Positions 51,081-59,259 of a stretch of DNA of 64,000 bases are shown in pieces. Positions within the stretch are counted from its first letter, which is position 1. The number at the start of each line of letters is the position of its first letter. The DNA comes from Desulfatiglandales bacterium (GTDB lineage: Bacteria > Desulfobacterota > DSM-4660 > Desulfatiglandales > Desulfatiglandaceae): positions 3,552,001-3,616,000 of the forward strand of contig OY759599.1 in assembly GCA_963662465.1 (NCBI GenBank), in the 5' to 3' direction. Both the position numbers and the translations under genes were made by a program. The notes below the pieces were generated by a model, which saw nothing but the letters and a program-made list of their open reading frames with translations, did not search any database and had not been told where the DNA came from.

Positions 51081-52878
51081 CAGCAATTCCCGCTTAGATT
51101 CTAAAGGCGCTAGGACAGTACCTTTTGGCATTTCCTTTTCGTAAAGCTTTACGTTGAATGAATAGCCTGAAAAGGCTTTTTTCTCCAATTTTTAAAATAA
51201 AACAGGAATTTTTTTGGCAATTCTCAGAAAAAGCTGGACTTTCAGATCAACTTGGCCGATGATTACTGCCTATGGGAATCAGAAGCCAAAAAGGAAGAAA
51301 AGAGAGAGGCAAGATTGGAGTTCGCAAGCATCTTAATGCAGATGCAATTTTCAAGCGTCTGCATAAAGATTTTTCTGAAGTCTCTGACTGCCGTGAGGAT
51401 CCCGATATTACTATTGCGGATGCCTTGATGTCCGGGTTTGCAATGTTTTCGCTCAAGGAGCCATCGTTGCTTGCCTTTGATGAAAGAAGAAAAACCGATA
51501 GTAATCTTGGGAACATATACCATATTGGAAAGATCCCATGTGACAGTACGATGCGCACCATTCTTGATGAAGTGCTCGCAGAAGAACTTCGGAAACCGTA
51601 TAGGAATATCTTCTGGGAACTGCAAAGGGGAAAGGTGCTTGAACGTATGGTATTTTTCGAAGGTTGTTATCTTCTATCTTTGGATGGAACGGGTTTCTTC
51701 TCATCGAAGAAACTTTCCTCTGATAGTTGTTTGGTAAAAGTATCGAAAAAAACCGGCGAAAAAACCTATTATCAGCAGATGTTGGGGGCAGCAATTGTCC
51801 ATCCGGATTTCAAAGAGGTCATTCCGCTTGCTCCGGAATTCATAGTCAAGCAGGATGGCCAAAGCAAGAACGACTGTGAGCGTAATGCCGCGAAACGTTT
51901 CTTGCAAAAGCTAAAAGAGGAGCATCCCCATCTGCCTATCATTATAACAGAGGACGCGTTAAGTTCGGATGCACCCCACATTGAAGAAATACAAAAGCAA
52001 AATTTTCATTATATTCTGGGAGTTAAAAAAGGAGATCACCATTTCTTGTTTAATCACGTCGAACAAGCGCGGATAAATGGTGACGTCACTGAATTCGAAT
52101 TGGTCGATAAAGAGGATCCGGAAAAAATACATCGTTTCCGATTTATTAACCAGGTACCTCTCAATGCCTCTAACAAGAATATGCTGGTTAACTTTCTGGA
52201 ATATTGGGAAATTACACCGAAAAAAACAAAACATTTTAGTTGGGTGACAGATTTTTTAATAGGAAAGGACAATGCATACCAGCTAATGCGAGGCGGCCGT
52301 GCGAGATGGAAGATCGAAAATGAAACCTTCAATACTCTTAAGAACCAAGGATATCATTTTGAACACAACTACGGGCTCGGCAAGAAGAATCTGAGTGTTG
52401 TTTTTGCGATGCTCATGATGCTGGCATTCTTGGTGGATCAAACTCAACAGCTTTGTTGCCCTCTATTTATAGCCGCATGGCATAAACTCGGCTCAAAAAG
52501 GGAATTGTGGGAACGGATGAGAGCTTTGTTTAGAGATTTTGAATTCAAATCGATGAGGATGCTCTATGAAGCCCTCTATTATGGCGTAAAGTTTCAAGCG
52601 CCAGTTATTCTATATAACAGTGGTTAAATTTGTCATGCCCAAGTTCGCATACAAAAATGCTCTCATTAATAAAAAACTGGAGATTCCGGAAATGGATATC
52701 TCTGCCCTAACTCGTGCTTTTATGCTCTTACTCTTGTCAAAGAAGCTCAACCTGCAAGAAATCGAGGGAGGTAATAGTGGATTTAATACAATTTTTCTGA
52801 AAAGGATCTGATCTCAGGGTTTGTTTTTGAAATATGTTTTTCAAACTCTGTGAGTAAATTCTTGACCGGGAATTGCTG
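51081..52878 (+). mobile_element. Insertion sequence (1798 bp; ISNCY/IS4-superfamily-like) in the DGR TR, with 9-bp TSD TCTTATTGT
   Basis: 12-bp perfect TIR CAGCAATTCCCG / CGGGAATTGCTG; TSD at 51072-51080 and 52879-52887. Confidence 0.93.
51272..52627 (+). CDS. DDE transposase (451 aa)
   Basis: LSLDGTG, KNDCERNAAKR, ITEDAL, GRARWKIENETFNTLKNQGYHFEHNYG. Confidence 0.88.
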   Translation: MGIRSQKGRKERGKIGVRKHLNADAIFKRLHKDFSEVSDCREDPDITIADALMSGFAMFSLKEPSLLAFDERRKTDSNLGNIYHIGKIPCDSTMRTILDEVLAEELRKPYRNIFWELQRGKVLERMVFFEGCYLLSLDGTGFFSSKKLSSDSCLVKVSKKTGEKTYYQQMLGAAIVHPDFKEVIPLAPEFIVKQDGQSKNDCERNAAKRFLQKLKEEHPHLPIIITEDALSSDAPHIEEIQKQNFHYILGVKKGDHHFLFNHVEQARINGDVTEFELVDKEDPEKIHRFRFINQVPLNASNKNMLVNFLEYWEITPKKTKHFSWVTDFLIGKDNAYQLMRGGRARWKIENETFNTLKNQGYHFEHNYGLGKKNLSVVFAMLMMLAFLVDQTQQLCCPLFIAAWHKLGSKRELWERMRALFRDFEFKSMRMLYEALYYGVKFQAPVILYNSG

Positions 52879-52983
52879 TCTTATTGTTGTTGTTCACGTT
52901 GCCGTTGTTGAAATTGACGTTCCACGCGTTGTTCGAATTGTTGGCGTTGGGACTACTCGACCAGTAAACGGACGAGCGACATT
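52879..52983 (-). ncRNA. DGR template repeat (TR), 3' end missing
   Basis: TGT CGC TCG TCC GTT TAC TGG TCG AGT AGT CCC AAC GCC AAC AAT TCG AAC AAC GCG TGG AAC GTC AAT TTC AAC AAC GGC AAC GTG AAC AAC AAC AAT AAG A (14 AAY codons); lies between avd and RT. Confidence 0.95.
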
Positions 52984-53151
52984 GTCCATCCACTTTATGG
53001 CCCGGTAACATCCGGGCCCCACTGCTTTCCGGGACCGTTTAAAACGGCTGCGAAAAGCTGTATGCATCATGCCCCCAAATCGCATGAGGGCGGGACGGAC
53101 GCACCATGAAAAAAGCACGCTTCCTCATCCCGCGGGATGGGAATTCAGGCC

Positions 53152-53544
53152 TTACCGCCGATTGTTCGAACGCTTTACAACCATGCTGCCGGGCTTATTT
53201 CCGCCCGCACTTTTTAACCACCCCTCATTTTGCCGAGACACATTGACCACCTTCTCGGCAAGCTGCAAAAATGTTTTCGGTTTATTGAATGCCTTCACCT
53301 CCCTGGCAATTACCAGGTGGATCTTAATCCTTTCCAGTAATACGCGTAATCTCAAAAGCGCCGGTGTTTTATCTACCAGCGAATTGGCTTCCATAATCAA
53401 GCCCAGCGCATCGTGACACATGCTTCTCAATTCGGTCCCGATGGTGTACTTGTGGTAGCGGGAAAAAAATTTGACCGTATTTTCCACCAGCACCGTCTCT
53501 TCCATCATGGCTTTGAATATGGGGAGATGATCGTAATTCGCCAT
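53152..53544 (-). CDS. avd: DGR accessory variability determinant (four-helix bundle)
   Basis: YDHLPIFK...FSRYHKYTIGTELR...VSRQNEGWLK; 130 aa, basic, directly upstream of the TR. Confidence 0.88.
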   Translation of the reverse strand: MANYDHLPIFKAMMEETVLVENTVKFFSRYHKYTIGTELRSMCHDALGLIMEANSLVDKTPALLRLRVLLERIKIHLVIAREVKAFNKPKTFLQLAEKVVNVSRQNEGWLKSAGGNKPGSMVVKRSNNRR

Positions 53545-53598
53545 ATAACCCTTTAGCCCGAAACGCTTAAATAACCAAAGAAAAAAATAATCCAATAT

Positions 53599-54171
53599 TC
53601 AAGGTCCGGCGCGCACACAACGAACATAGTAGTGGCTGGCCTTACCGTAGCCGCCCACGCGGCCGTAGCTGAAATGGACGAGCCACGCGTAGTCCGAACC
53701 GTCGGCGAGGGGACTACTCGACCAGTAAACGGACGAGCGACATTCCGGAAAATACGTCGTATCAATGCTGGGATACACCCGCCCAAAATCCACAATAGAC
53801 ATTAGTTCCCGCCGATCCGGCAGGCGCCAGTCCGAGTACCCCCCCGATGGAAAGGTCAGGGCCGCACAATAATCAATGGCCTCCTGCCAGGTGCGGGTGG
53901 TTCCGTCATCGGCTTGCTGCCACATCAACCCGGTGTTCAGGTCGGTCACGGTCCCGTTCCCGTTGTCCCGGTAGGCGGGTTGGGGCCCGTCGTATTGCGC
54001 ATCCTGGCCGTAAAACGGCGCCCCGGACTGGGGACAGGGAATTTCTTTACCCGCATCGTAACATTTGTGAATGCCCGTATCGGGTAATTGGTAGTCCTCG
54101 GCCACCGCACCGCTCCACAGGCCCGCCAGCAACCCCAGCCAACACCCCATCGCCACCACAACCTTTTTCAT
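53599..54171 (-). CDS. DGR target 1: secreted DUF1566 (C-type-lectin-fold) protein with C-terminal VR1
   Basis: Signal peptide; LPDTG..CYD, FYGQDAQY, DNGNGTVTDLNTGLMWQQ, DWRLP..EL, YVRCVRAGP*. Confidence 0.92.
   Translation of the reverse strand: MKKVVVAMGCWLGLLAGLWSGAVAEDYQLPDTGIHKCYDAGKEIPCPQSGAPFYGQDAQYDGPQPAYRDNGNGTVTDLNTGLMWQQADDGTTRTWQEAIDYCAALTFPSGGYSDWRLPDRRELMSIVDFGRVYPSIDTTYFPECRSSVYWSSSPLADGSDYAWLVHFSYGRVGGYGKASHYYVRCVRAGP
53603..53744 (-). repeat. DGR variable repeat VR1
   Basis: Matches the surviving TR except 21 substitutions in AAY codons plus 1 at the TR break, all at TR adenines. Confidence 0.95.
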
Positions 54172-54273
54172 TGCGTACCTCCTGTTTTCTTATTCCACCT
54201 TCCATGGGTACACCTACAACACAAAAATCACGCAGATGCGGCCCGACAAAAAAACATCACCAGCATAACCCCT

Positions 54274-54351
54274 TCAGACCCACACTGCAACCCACAACGG
54301 ATAATCCCCGATTTTTTCCATAATACCGGCCCGGATGGGGTTGGCAACAAT
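54274..54351 (-). pseudogene. C-terminal remnant of a REP-associated tyrosine transposase (RAYT)
   Basis: Reads IVANPIRAGIMEKIGDYPLWVAVWV*, matching the RAYT NPxRAG...DYP.W tail. Confidence 0.7.
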
Positions 54352-54381
54352 TGTAAGAATTTATATTTAACGGCATTTTTT

Positions 54382-54702
54382 GAACCGCAGAATATCGAAG
54401 AAGGAATAACGGCAATCGTTCACGGATTTATCGCGTCCTTCGGGATGCCGTTGTGTCGGGGTGGAAGGGGGACGGTTTGCAGTGCCCGTGAGGGCATTGC
54501 CGGGAAAAACGCCTCACGGCGTCACTACGAACGTCGCAACAGGGCTCATTAACCCCATACAAATCACACTTTCGCTGCCGAATAACCTTAGAACAATGAA
54601 CACTGAACCCGTGAAAGGTTACCAATAACCAGTGTCGAAGGAAAACTTCATAATTCGACATTCCTTGTTCGATATTCGATATTCGTTATATTCGATATTC
54701 GT
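54382..54702. repeat. Palindromic intergenic repeat/MITE-like element
   Basis: GAATATCGAAGAAGGAAT (54390-54407) inverted as ATTCCTTGTTCGATATTC (54660-54677), followed by GATATTC heptamers. Confidence 0.55.
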
Positions 54703-55096
54703 TTTAAAAATTTCAAATATCTTTGGATAGAACTCCGAAAACCGGAGCGCGCCCTGCCGCAACCGCAGTCACCATGTAGCATCGGCCCGATTCATTCCAC
54801 CGACCGCGCCGAAGGGCGCCGTAGCCGGGGTGGGTATTCGGAAGCGTCTTTTTGCATCATCAATACCATGCTTTCGATAACAGGGGCAATGGCGTTTTTG
54901 AAACAATCGGGTGCAACCCTCAAAATAACCGGCAGGCGCCAATTCGCCGGCAGACTTACGCCCATATTAGCCCCGTTGCAGGTGCGGCTGAAGCCAACAC
55001 CTCTTAAAAGCGGCTAATGTCGGCAACCTTCAGGCGCACAAAAATGCACCCTGAAACATCAATCCCAATGGGTCTCTCGGTAGGTGCGGCTTCCCC

Positions 55097-56056
55097 CTAT
55101 TGCGCCTTGGTCAACCGTTTCTCGTCCGCCCATCGGCGCATTTCGTCCAAACTCTCCGCATCAAGGAACCGCTTCCCCAATTCCTCAATGGCCTCGACAT
55201 TCAAGCCCTCAAACATGGGTTTGGCCGTATCAACGTCAACTCGAAAACGCTTGGCGATCATCTGGCATAAAAGCGACAGGCTTCCCTGCAGCATGCCCTG
55301 CTGCATCCCATCTTCTCTCCCAATTCTCTCGACACTCGTCACGTAAGGCATCTTTTTTCCCTCCTCATACTTTGACAATTCTTTCCAAAACAACCGTTCA
55401 TGAGCTGCTGGAAGAGCCATCAGCCAATCAATGAACCGAAATAATTTGACGATATCCGCGCGGCTGTAACCGGCTGTATAGAGCTCTTTCACCAAAGCAA
55501 ATTTGCGCTTGAAAAGTTCATCAGGGTCCTTCCTGCTTTCCAAAACCGACAAATGGGCGCGAACCACCACAACAAATGGATTCCCTTCGGCATCCGACAA
55601 AAGCTCGGGCTTTGCCTGATAGTCCAGAAGCTTGACAACCGGATAACGAAACCGCATCTCGCAACCCCACAGGCTATAGGAAAACTCCTCGGGACGCCAT
55701 TTCTTCGAATCATCCGCCAGAACCGCAAGGCTTACCACCCGCCGGTGATACCGATCAAAAATTCGGTAATGGTAAACAAACATCCTTTCTTCAAAATCCG
55801 GGTCCACTTGCGCCTGCACCTCGATATGCACCAGTATCCAGGTCTCCCGGCCATCCAATAGCCATACTTTCACCAATTTGTCCACGGTGCGCCTGCCCAC
55901 CTCCGCATCCCGGGTGATCTGCCGAAGTTCCTTCTCCAGAAACGCATAGCCCCTTTCCCAATCAATCTGTTGGTGGGCCTCTGGAAAAAACAGGGACATG
56001 AACGGCTCGAAGTACACCTCCAGGATTTCTTTCCAGGGAGAATCAAAATCAGTCAT
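55097..56056 (-). CDS. Rpn/YhgA-like PD-(D/E)XK protein, copy 2
   Basis: Near-identical to copy 1; ATG at 56056 after AAGAGG; tail has MQQGMLQG. Confidence 0.8.
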   Translation of the reverse strand: MTDFDSPWKEILEVYFEPFMSLFFPEAHQQIDWERGYAFLEKELRQITRDAEVGRRTVDKLVKVWLLDGRETWILVHIEVQAQVDPDFEERMFVYHYRIFDRYHRRVVSLAVLADDSKKWRPEEFSYSLWGCEMRFRYPVVKLLDYQAKPELLSDAEGNPFVVVVRAHLSVLESRKDPDELFKRKFALVKELYTAGYSRADIVKLFRFIDWLMALPAAHERLFWKELSKYEEGKKMPYVTSVERIGREDGMQQGMLQGSLSLLCQMIAKRFRVDVDTAKPMFEGLNVEAIEELGKRFLDAESLDEMRRWADEKRLTKAQ

Positions 56057-56145
56057 GTTGAAACACCTCTTAAAAACGGTTAATGTCGGCAACCTTCAGC
56101 TACACAAAAAAGCCCCCTGAAACATCAATCCCAATGGGTCCCTCA

Positions 56146-56220
56146 GTAGGTGCGGCTTCAGCCGCGCAGCCAAACCCTCGGACAGCCTCAATCCCATCGT
56201 GCGGCTAAAGCCGCACCTAC
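56146..56220. repeat. GTAG-type REP doublet
   Basis: GTAGGTGCGGCTTCAGCCGCGC ... GTGCGGCTAAAGCCGCACCTAC. Confidence 0.8.
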
Positions 56221-56252
56221 AATCGCACCTACAACCGCATTTGCAGTTTCCC

Positions 56253-57200
56253 CTATTGCGCCTCAGCCAACCGTTTCTCATCCGCCCATCGACGCATTTC
56301 ATCCAGACTCTCCGCATCGAGAAACCTCTCCCCCAATTCCTCTATGGCTTCGGCATTCAAACCCTCGAACATGGGTTTGGCCATATCAGCGCCAACTCGA
56401 AAACGTTTAGCAATCTGCCGGCATAAAAGCGACAGGCTTCCCTGCTGCATCCCATCTTCTCTCCCAATTCTCTCGACACTCGTCACGTAAGGCATCTTTT
56501 TTCCCTCCTCATACTTTGACAATTCTTTCCAAAACAACCGTTCATGAGCTGCTGGAAGAGCCATCAGCCAATCAATGAACCGAAATAATTTGACGATATC
56601 CGCGCGGCTGTAACCGGCTGTATAGAGCTCTTTCACCAAAGCAAATTTGCGCTTGAAAAGTTCATCAGGGTCCTTCCCGCTTTCCAAAACCGACAAATGG
56701 GCGCGAACCACAACAACAAATGGATTCCGACCGGCGTCCGACAAAAGCTCGGGCTTTGCCTGATAATCCAGAAGCTTGACAACCGGGTAACGAAACCGCA
56801 TTTCGCAGCCCCATAGGCTATAGGTGAACTCCTCGGGACGCCATTTCTTCGAATCATCCGCCAGAACCGCAAGGCTTACGACCCGCCGGTGGTACCGATC
56901 AAAAATCCGGTAATGGTAAACAAACATCCTTTCTTCAAAATCCGTGTCCACCTGAGCCTGCACCTCGATATGCACCAGTATCCAGGCCTCCAGACCATCC
57001 AGAAGCCATATTTTCACCAGTTTATCCACAGTGCGCCTGCCCACCTCCGCATCGCGGGTAATCTGCCGAAGTTCCTTCTCCAGAAACGCATAGCCCCTTT
57101 CCCAATCGATCTGTTGGTGGGCCTCTGGGAAAAACAGCGACATGAACGGCTCGAAATAAACTTCCAGGATTTCTTTCCAGGGCGAATCAAAATCAGTCAT
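56253..57200 (-). CDS. Rpn/YhgA-like PD-(D/E)XK protein, copy 3
   Basis: Near-identical to copy 1; ATG at 57200; tail has one MQQG. Confidence 0.8.
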   Translation of the reverse strand: MTDFDSPWKEILEVYFEPFMSLFFPEAHQQIDWERGYAFLEKELRQITRDAEVGRRTVDKLVKIWLLDGLEAWILVHIEVQAQVDTDFEERMFVYHYRIFDRYHRRVVSLAVLADDSKKWRPEEFTYSLWGCEMRFRYPVVKLLDYQAKPELLSDAGRNPFVVVVRAHLSVLESGKDPDELFKRKFALVKELYTAGYSRADIVKLFRFIDWLMALPAAHERLFWKELSKYEEGKKMPYVTSVERIGREDGMQQGSLSLLCRQIAKRFRVGADMAKPMFEGLNAEAIEELGERFLDAESLDEMRRWADEKRLAEAQ

Positions 57201-57410
57201 GTTGAAATACCTCTTAAAAGCAGTCCGATTTATTGGGTTACGCTTTTGCATTGCATCTTTTTCAATACTTTACTTTCTATCAGATCATTTTCAAAAGTCA
57301 ATAGGGGCTTTTCATGGGGATATGCTCATTCATAGGGGGCTTTTCGGGGGGTTCTAAATAAAAGACATCATGGCAACATTCCTTTGCTCAGTTGAGGCTG
57401 GCCCCCATCC

Positions 57411-58193
57411 CTAATAACCCCTGTAAACCGGCTTTCTTTTTTCCATAAACGCCCTTGCCCCTTCCTTCATGTCCTCGGTGGCCGTCAGGTTGGCCCAGTA
57501 ATCGCTTTCCAGCGCCAAACCCGAAGGCAGCCCCATATCCTTTGTACGGTTCAGCACTTTTTTGGCGGCAGCCACCCCCAATGGCCCCCGCCGAGCGATC
57601 TTATCCGCCAGGGCCAGGGCCGCATTCATGACCTCTCCTTCGGGGGTCATTTTCTCAACCAGACCCAATCGCAGGGATTCCGGTGCATCGATCATATCAC
57701 CCGAATAGATCAGCTCCTTAACCTTTCCCAGCGGCACATGATAAAGGGCTCTTTTTGTCCCGCCGTTTCCCGGAAAAATCGAGAGCCTGACCTCGGGAAA
57801 ACCCAATCGAGCGCTTTCATCCGCATACCGGATGTCGCAGCAGAGGGCCAATTCAAGACCCGCCCCCAGACAGAATCCATGTATGGCCGCAATGACCGGC
57901 CATTCGAAATTTTCAATCATGCCGTAAATCTCGTGACTCCGTGCAAGGCGACGTTGGGCCGTATCCGGCCTCAATTCCAAAAATGTTTTGATATCGGCCC
58001 CAGCGGCGAAAGCCTTTTCCCCGGCCCCCCGCAGGATCACCGCCCGAATTTCCGCTCTGCGATCATCCAATTCCCGAAACACGTCAGCGAGCGCTTCCTT
58101 GGTGGGCACATCCAGTGCGTTCATGGGGGGATGGTCGATGGTGACAACGGCAGTCAGGTCTTCAATATCGTAGTACGCAAGTCCTCTGCCCAT
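57411..58193 (-). CDS. Enoyl-CoA hydratase/isomerase family protein
   Basis: AFAAGADI, PVIAAIHGFCLGAGLELALCCD, GFPEV, EGARAFMEKRKP. Confidence 0.92.
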   Translation of the reverse strand: MGRGLAYYDIEDLTAVVTIDHPPMNALDVPTKEALADVFRELDDRRAEIRAVILRGAGEKAFAAGADIKTFLELRPDTAQRRLARSHEIYGMIENFEWPVIAAIHGFCLGAGLELALCCDIRYADESARLGFPEVRLSIFPGNGGTKRALYHVPLGKVKELIYSGDMIDAPESLRLGLVEKMTPEGEVMNAALALADKIARRGPLGVAAAKKVLNRTKDMGLPSGLALESDYWANLTATEDMKEGARAFMEKRKPVYRGY

Positions 58194-58196
58194 GTT

Positions 58197-59072
58197 TCAT
58201 CCTCCCTGTTTGGTACTGTCTTCCCCATAGCAATACCATCCCCGACCGGTCTTGCGGCCCAACTGCCCCGCCTCCACCTTGCGCCGCAACAGCTGCGGGG
58301 GATAATAACGCATATCCTTGCTGTCTTCATAAATGGCCGTAAGCGCCCCACAAGAAACATCCAGGCCCACCATATCGCCGGTTTCAAAGGGCCCCATTTT
58401 TCTGCCGAAGGCAAGTTTCACCCCTTTGTCGATGTCCTCAACGGTTCCGATACCCTGCTCCAGCAGACGAATGGCCTCCACATAACTGATGAGATTGATA
58501 CGATTGAGCAGAAAACCGGGTACATCGCTTTTTACATGAATGGGCGTTTTACCCAATCGCTTCACAAAGACTGTACCCGTCTCAATAGTGCCATCTGAAG
58601 AACCAATACCCCGGACCACCTCCACCACATGGCTCATGGGGACGGGACTGAAAAAGTGGAGCCCCAACACCCGGTCAGGGTGTTGGGTCACAGATCCGAG
58701 GGACGTAATGGGAATGGCGGAGGTATTACTGGCCAGCACCGCATGGGGCCGACACACTTCATCCAGTTTTCGAAATACTTCCTGCTTTAGTTTTAGGTTC
58801 TCAGGCACCACCTCAATGGCCAGATCCGCATCCGCCCCTCGGGAAAAATCCGTCGTCCCTTCAATCCTGGCAAGGATGGCGTCTTTTGTTTCCGACAGTT
58901 TTCCTTTCTCAATGAATTTTCCCACCGACCAGGCAATGCCTTGAAGCCCCTTGTCTATCACCCCCTGACTCACATCATTCAAAATGACCTGAATGCCCGC
59001 CTGGGCGCATACCTGGGCGATCCCGCTGCCCATCAACCCGGCGCCTACAATGAAGATACGGTTTATTTCCAT
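58197..59072 (-). CDS. 3-hydroxyacyl-CoA (3-hydroxybutyryl-CoA) dehydrogenase
   Basis: GAGLMGSGIAQ, LASNTS, GLHFFSP, MGPFETGDMVGLD, LGRKTGRGWY. Confidence 0.92.
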   Translation of the reverse strand: MEINRIFIVGAGLMGSGIAQVCAQAGIQVILNDVSQGVIDKGLQGIAWSVGKFIEKGKLSETKDAILARIEGTTDFSRGADADLAIEVVPENLKLKQEVFRKLDEVCRPHAVLASNTSAIPITSLGSVTQHPDRVLGLHFFSPVPMSHVVEVVRGIGSSDGTIETGTVFVKRLGKTPIHVKSDVPGFLLNRINLISYVEAIRLLEQGIGTVEDIDKGVKLAFGRKMGPFETGDMVGLDVSCGALTAIYEDSKDMRYYPPQLLRRKVEAGQLGRKTGRGWYCYGEDSTKQGG

Positions 59073-59177
59073 GGCTTATCCGCTCCTTATGTTTGTGTGT
59101 AAGGTCTTTAAAAAGATGAAATAAAAAAAACGTTTCGGATGCTATTCCATTTTTTTAAATGCGTCAAACAAATAGTT

Positions 59178-59193
59178 TGACATTTATATGTCA
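59178..59193. promoter_or_regulatory. Putative GntR/FadR operator in the divergent promoter region
   Basis: Palindrome TGACAT-TTAT-ATGTCA between the divergent dehydrogenase and regulator genes. Confidence 0.55.
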
Positions 59194-59259
59194 GTTCATT
59201 ATACATTTGCACAATCAAACTGAAGATGCTCATTTTTCCTCTCAGGAACGGATGCCGCC

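Noticed and set aside
50805..51188. 127-aa ORF as the missing RT N-terminus
   Set aside because: It starts inside the IS end and is in a frame lacking RT motifs.
52879..52950. (TTG)n-rich tract as a microsatellite or Asn-rich ORF
   Set aside because: It aligns codon for codon with the VRs and has no start or RBS, so it is the TR.
53545..53600. Canonical GC-rich DGR hairpin downstream of VR1 (and VR2)
   Set aside because: Only weak pairings are visible (TTTAAGC..GCTAAA; GATCA..TGATC), and the TR 3' end needed to define IMH/IMH* is deleted.
43700..57300. Integron cassette array
   Set aside because: No intI and no attC-type RYYYAAC...GTTRRRY sites; the hairpins are GTAG REPs.
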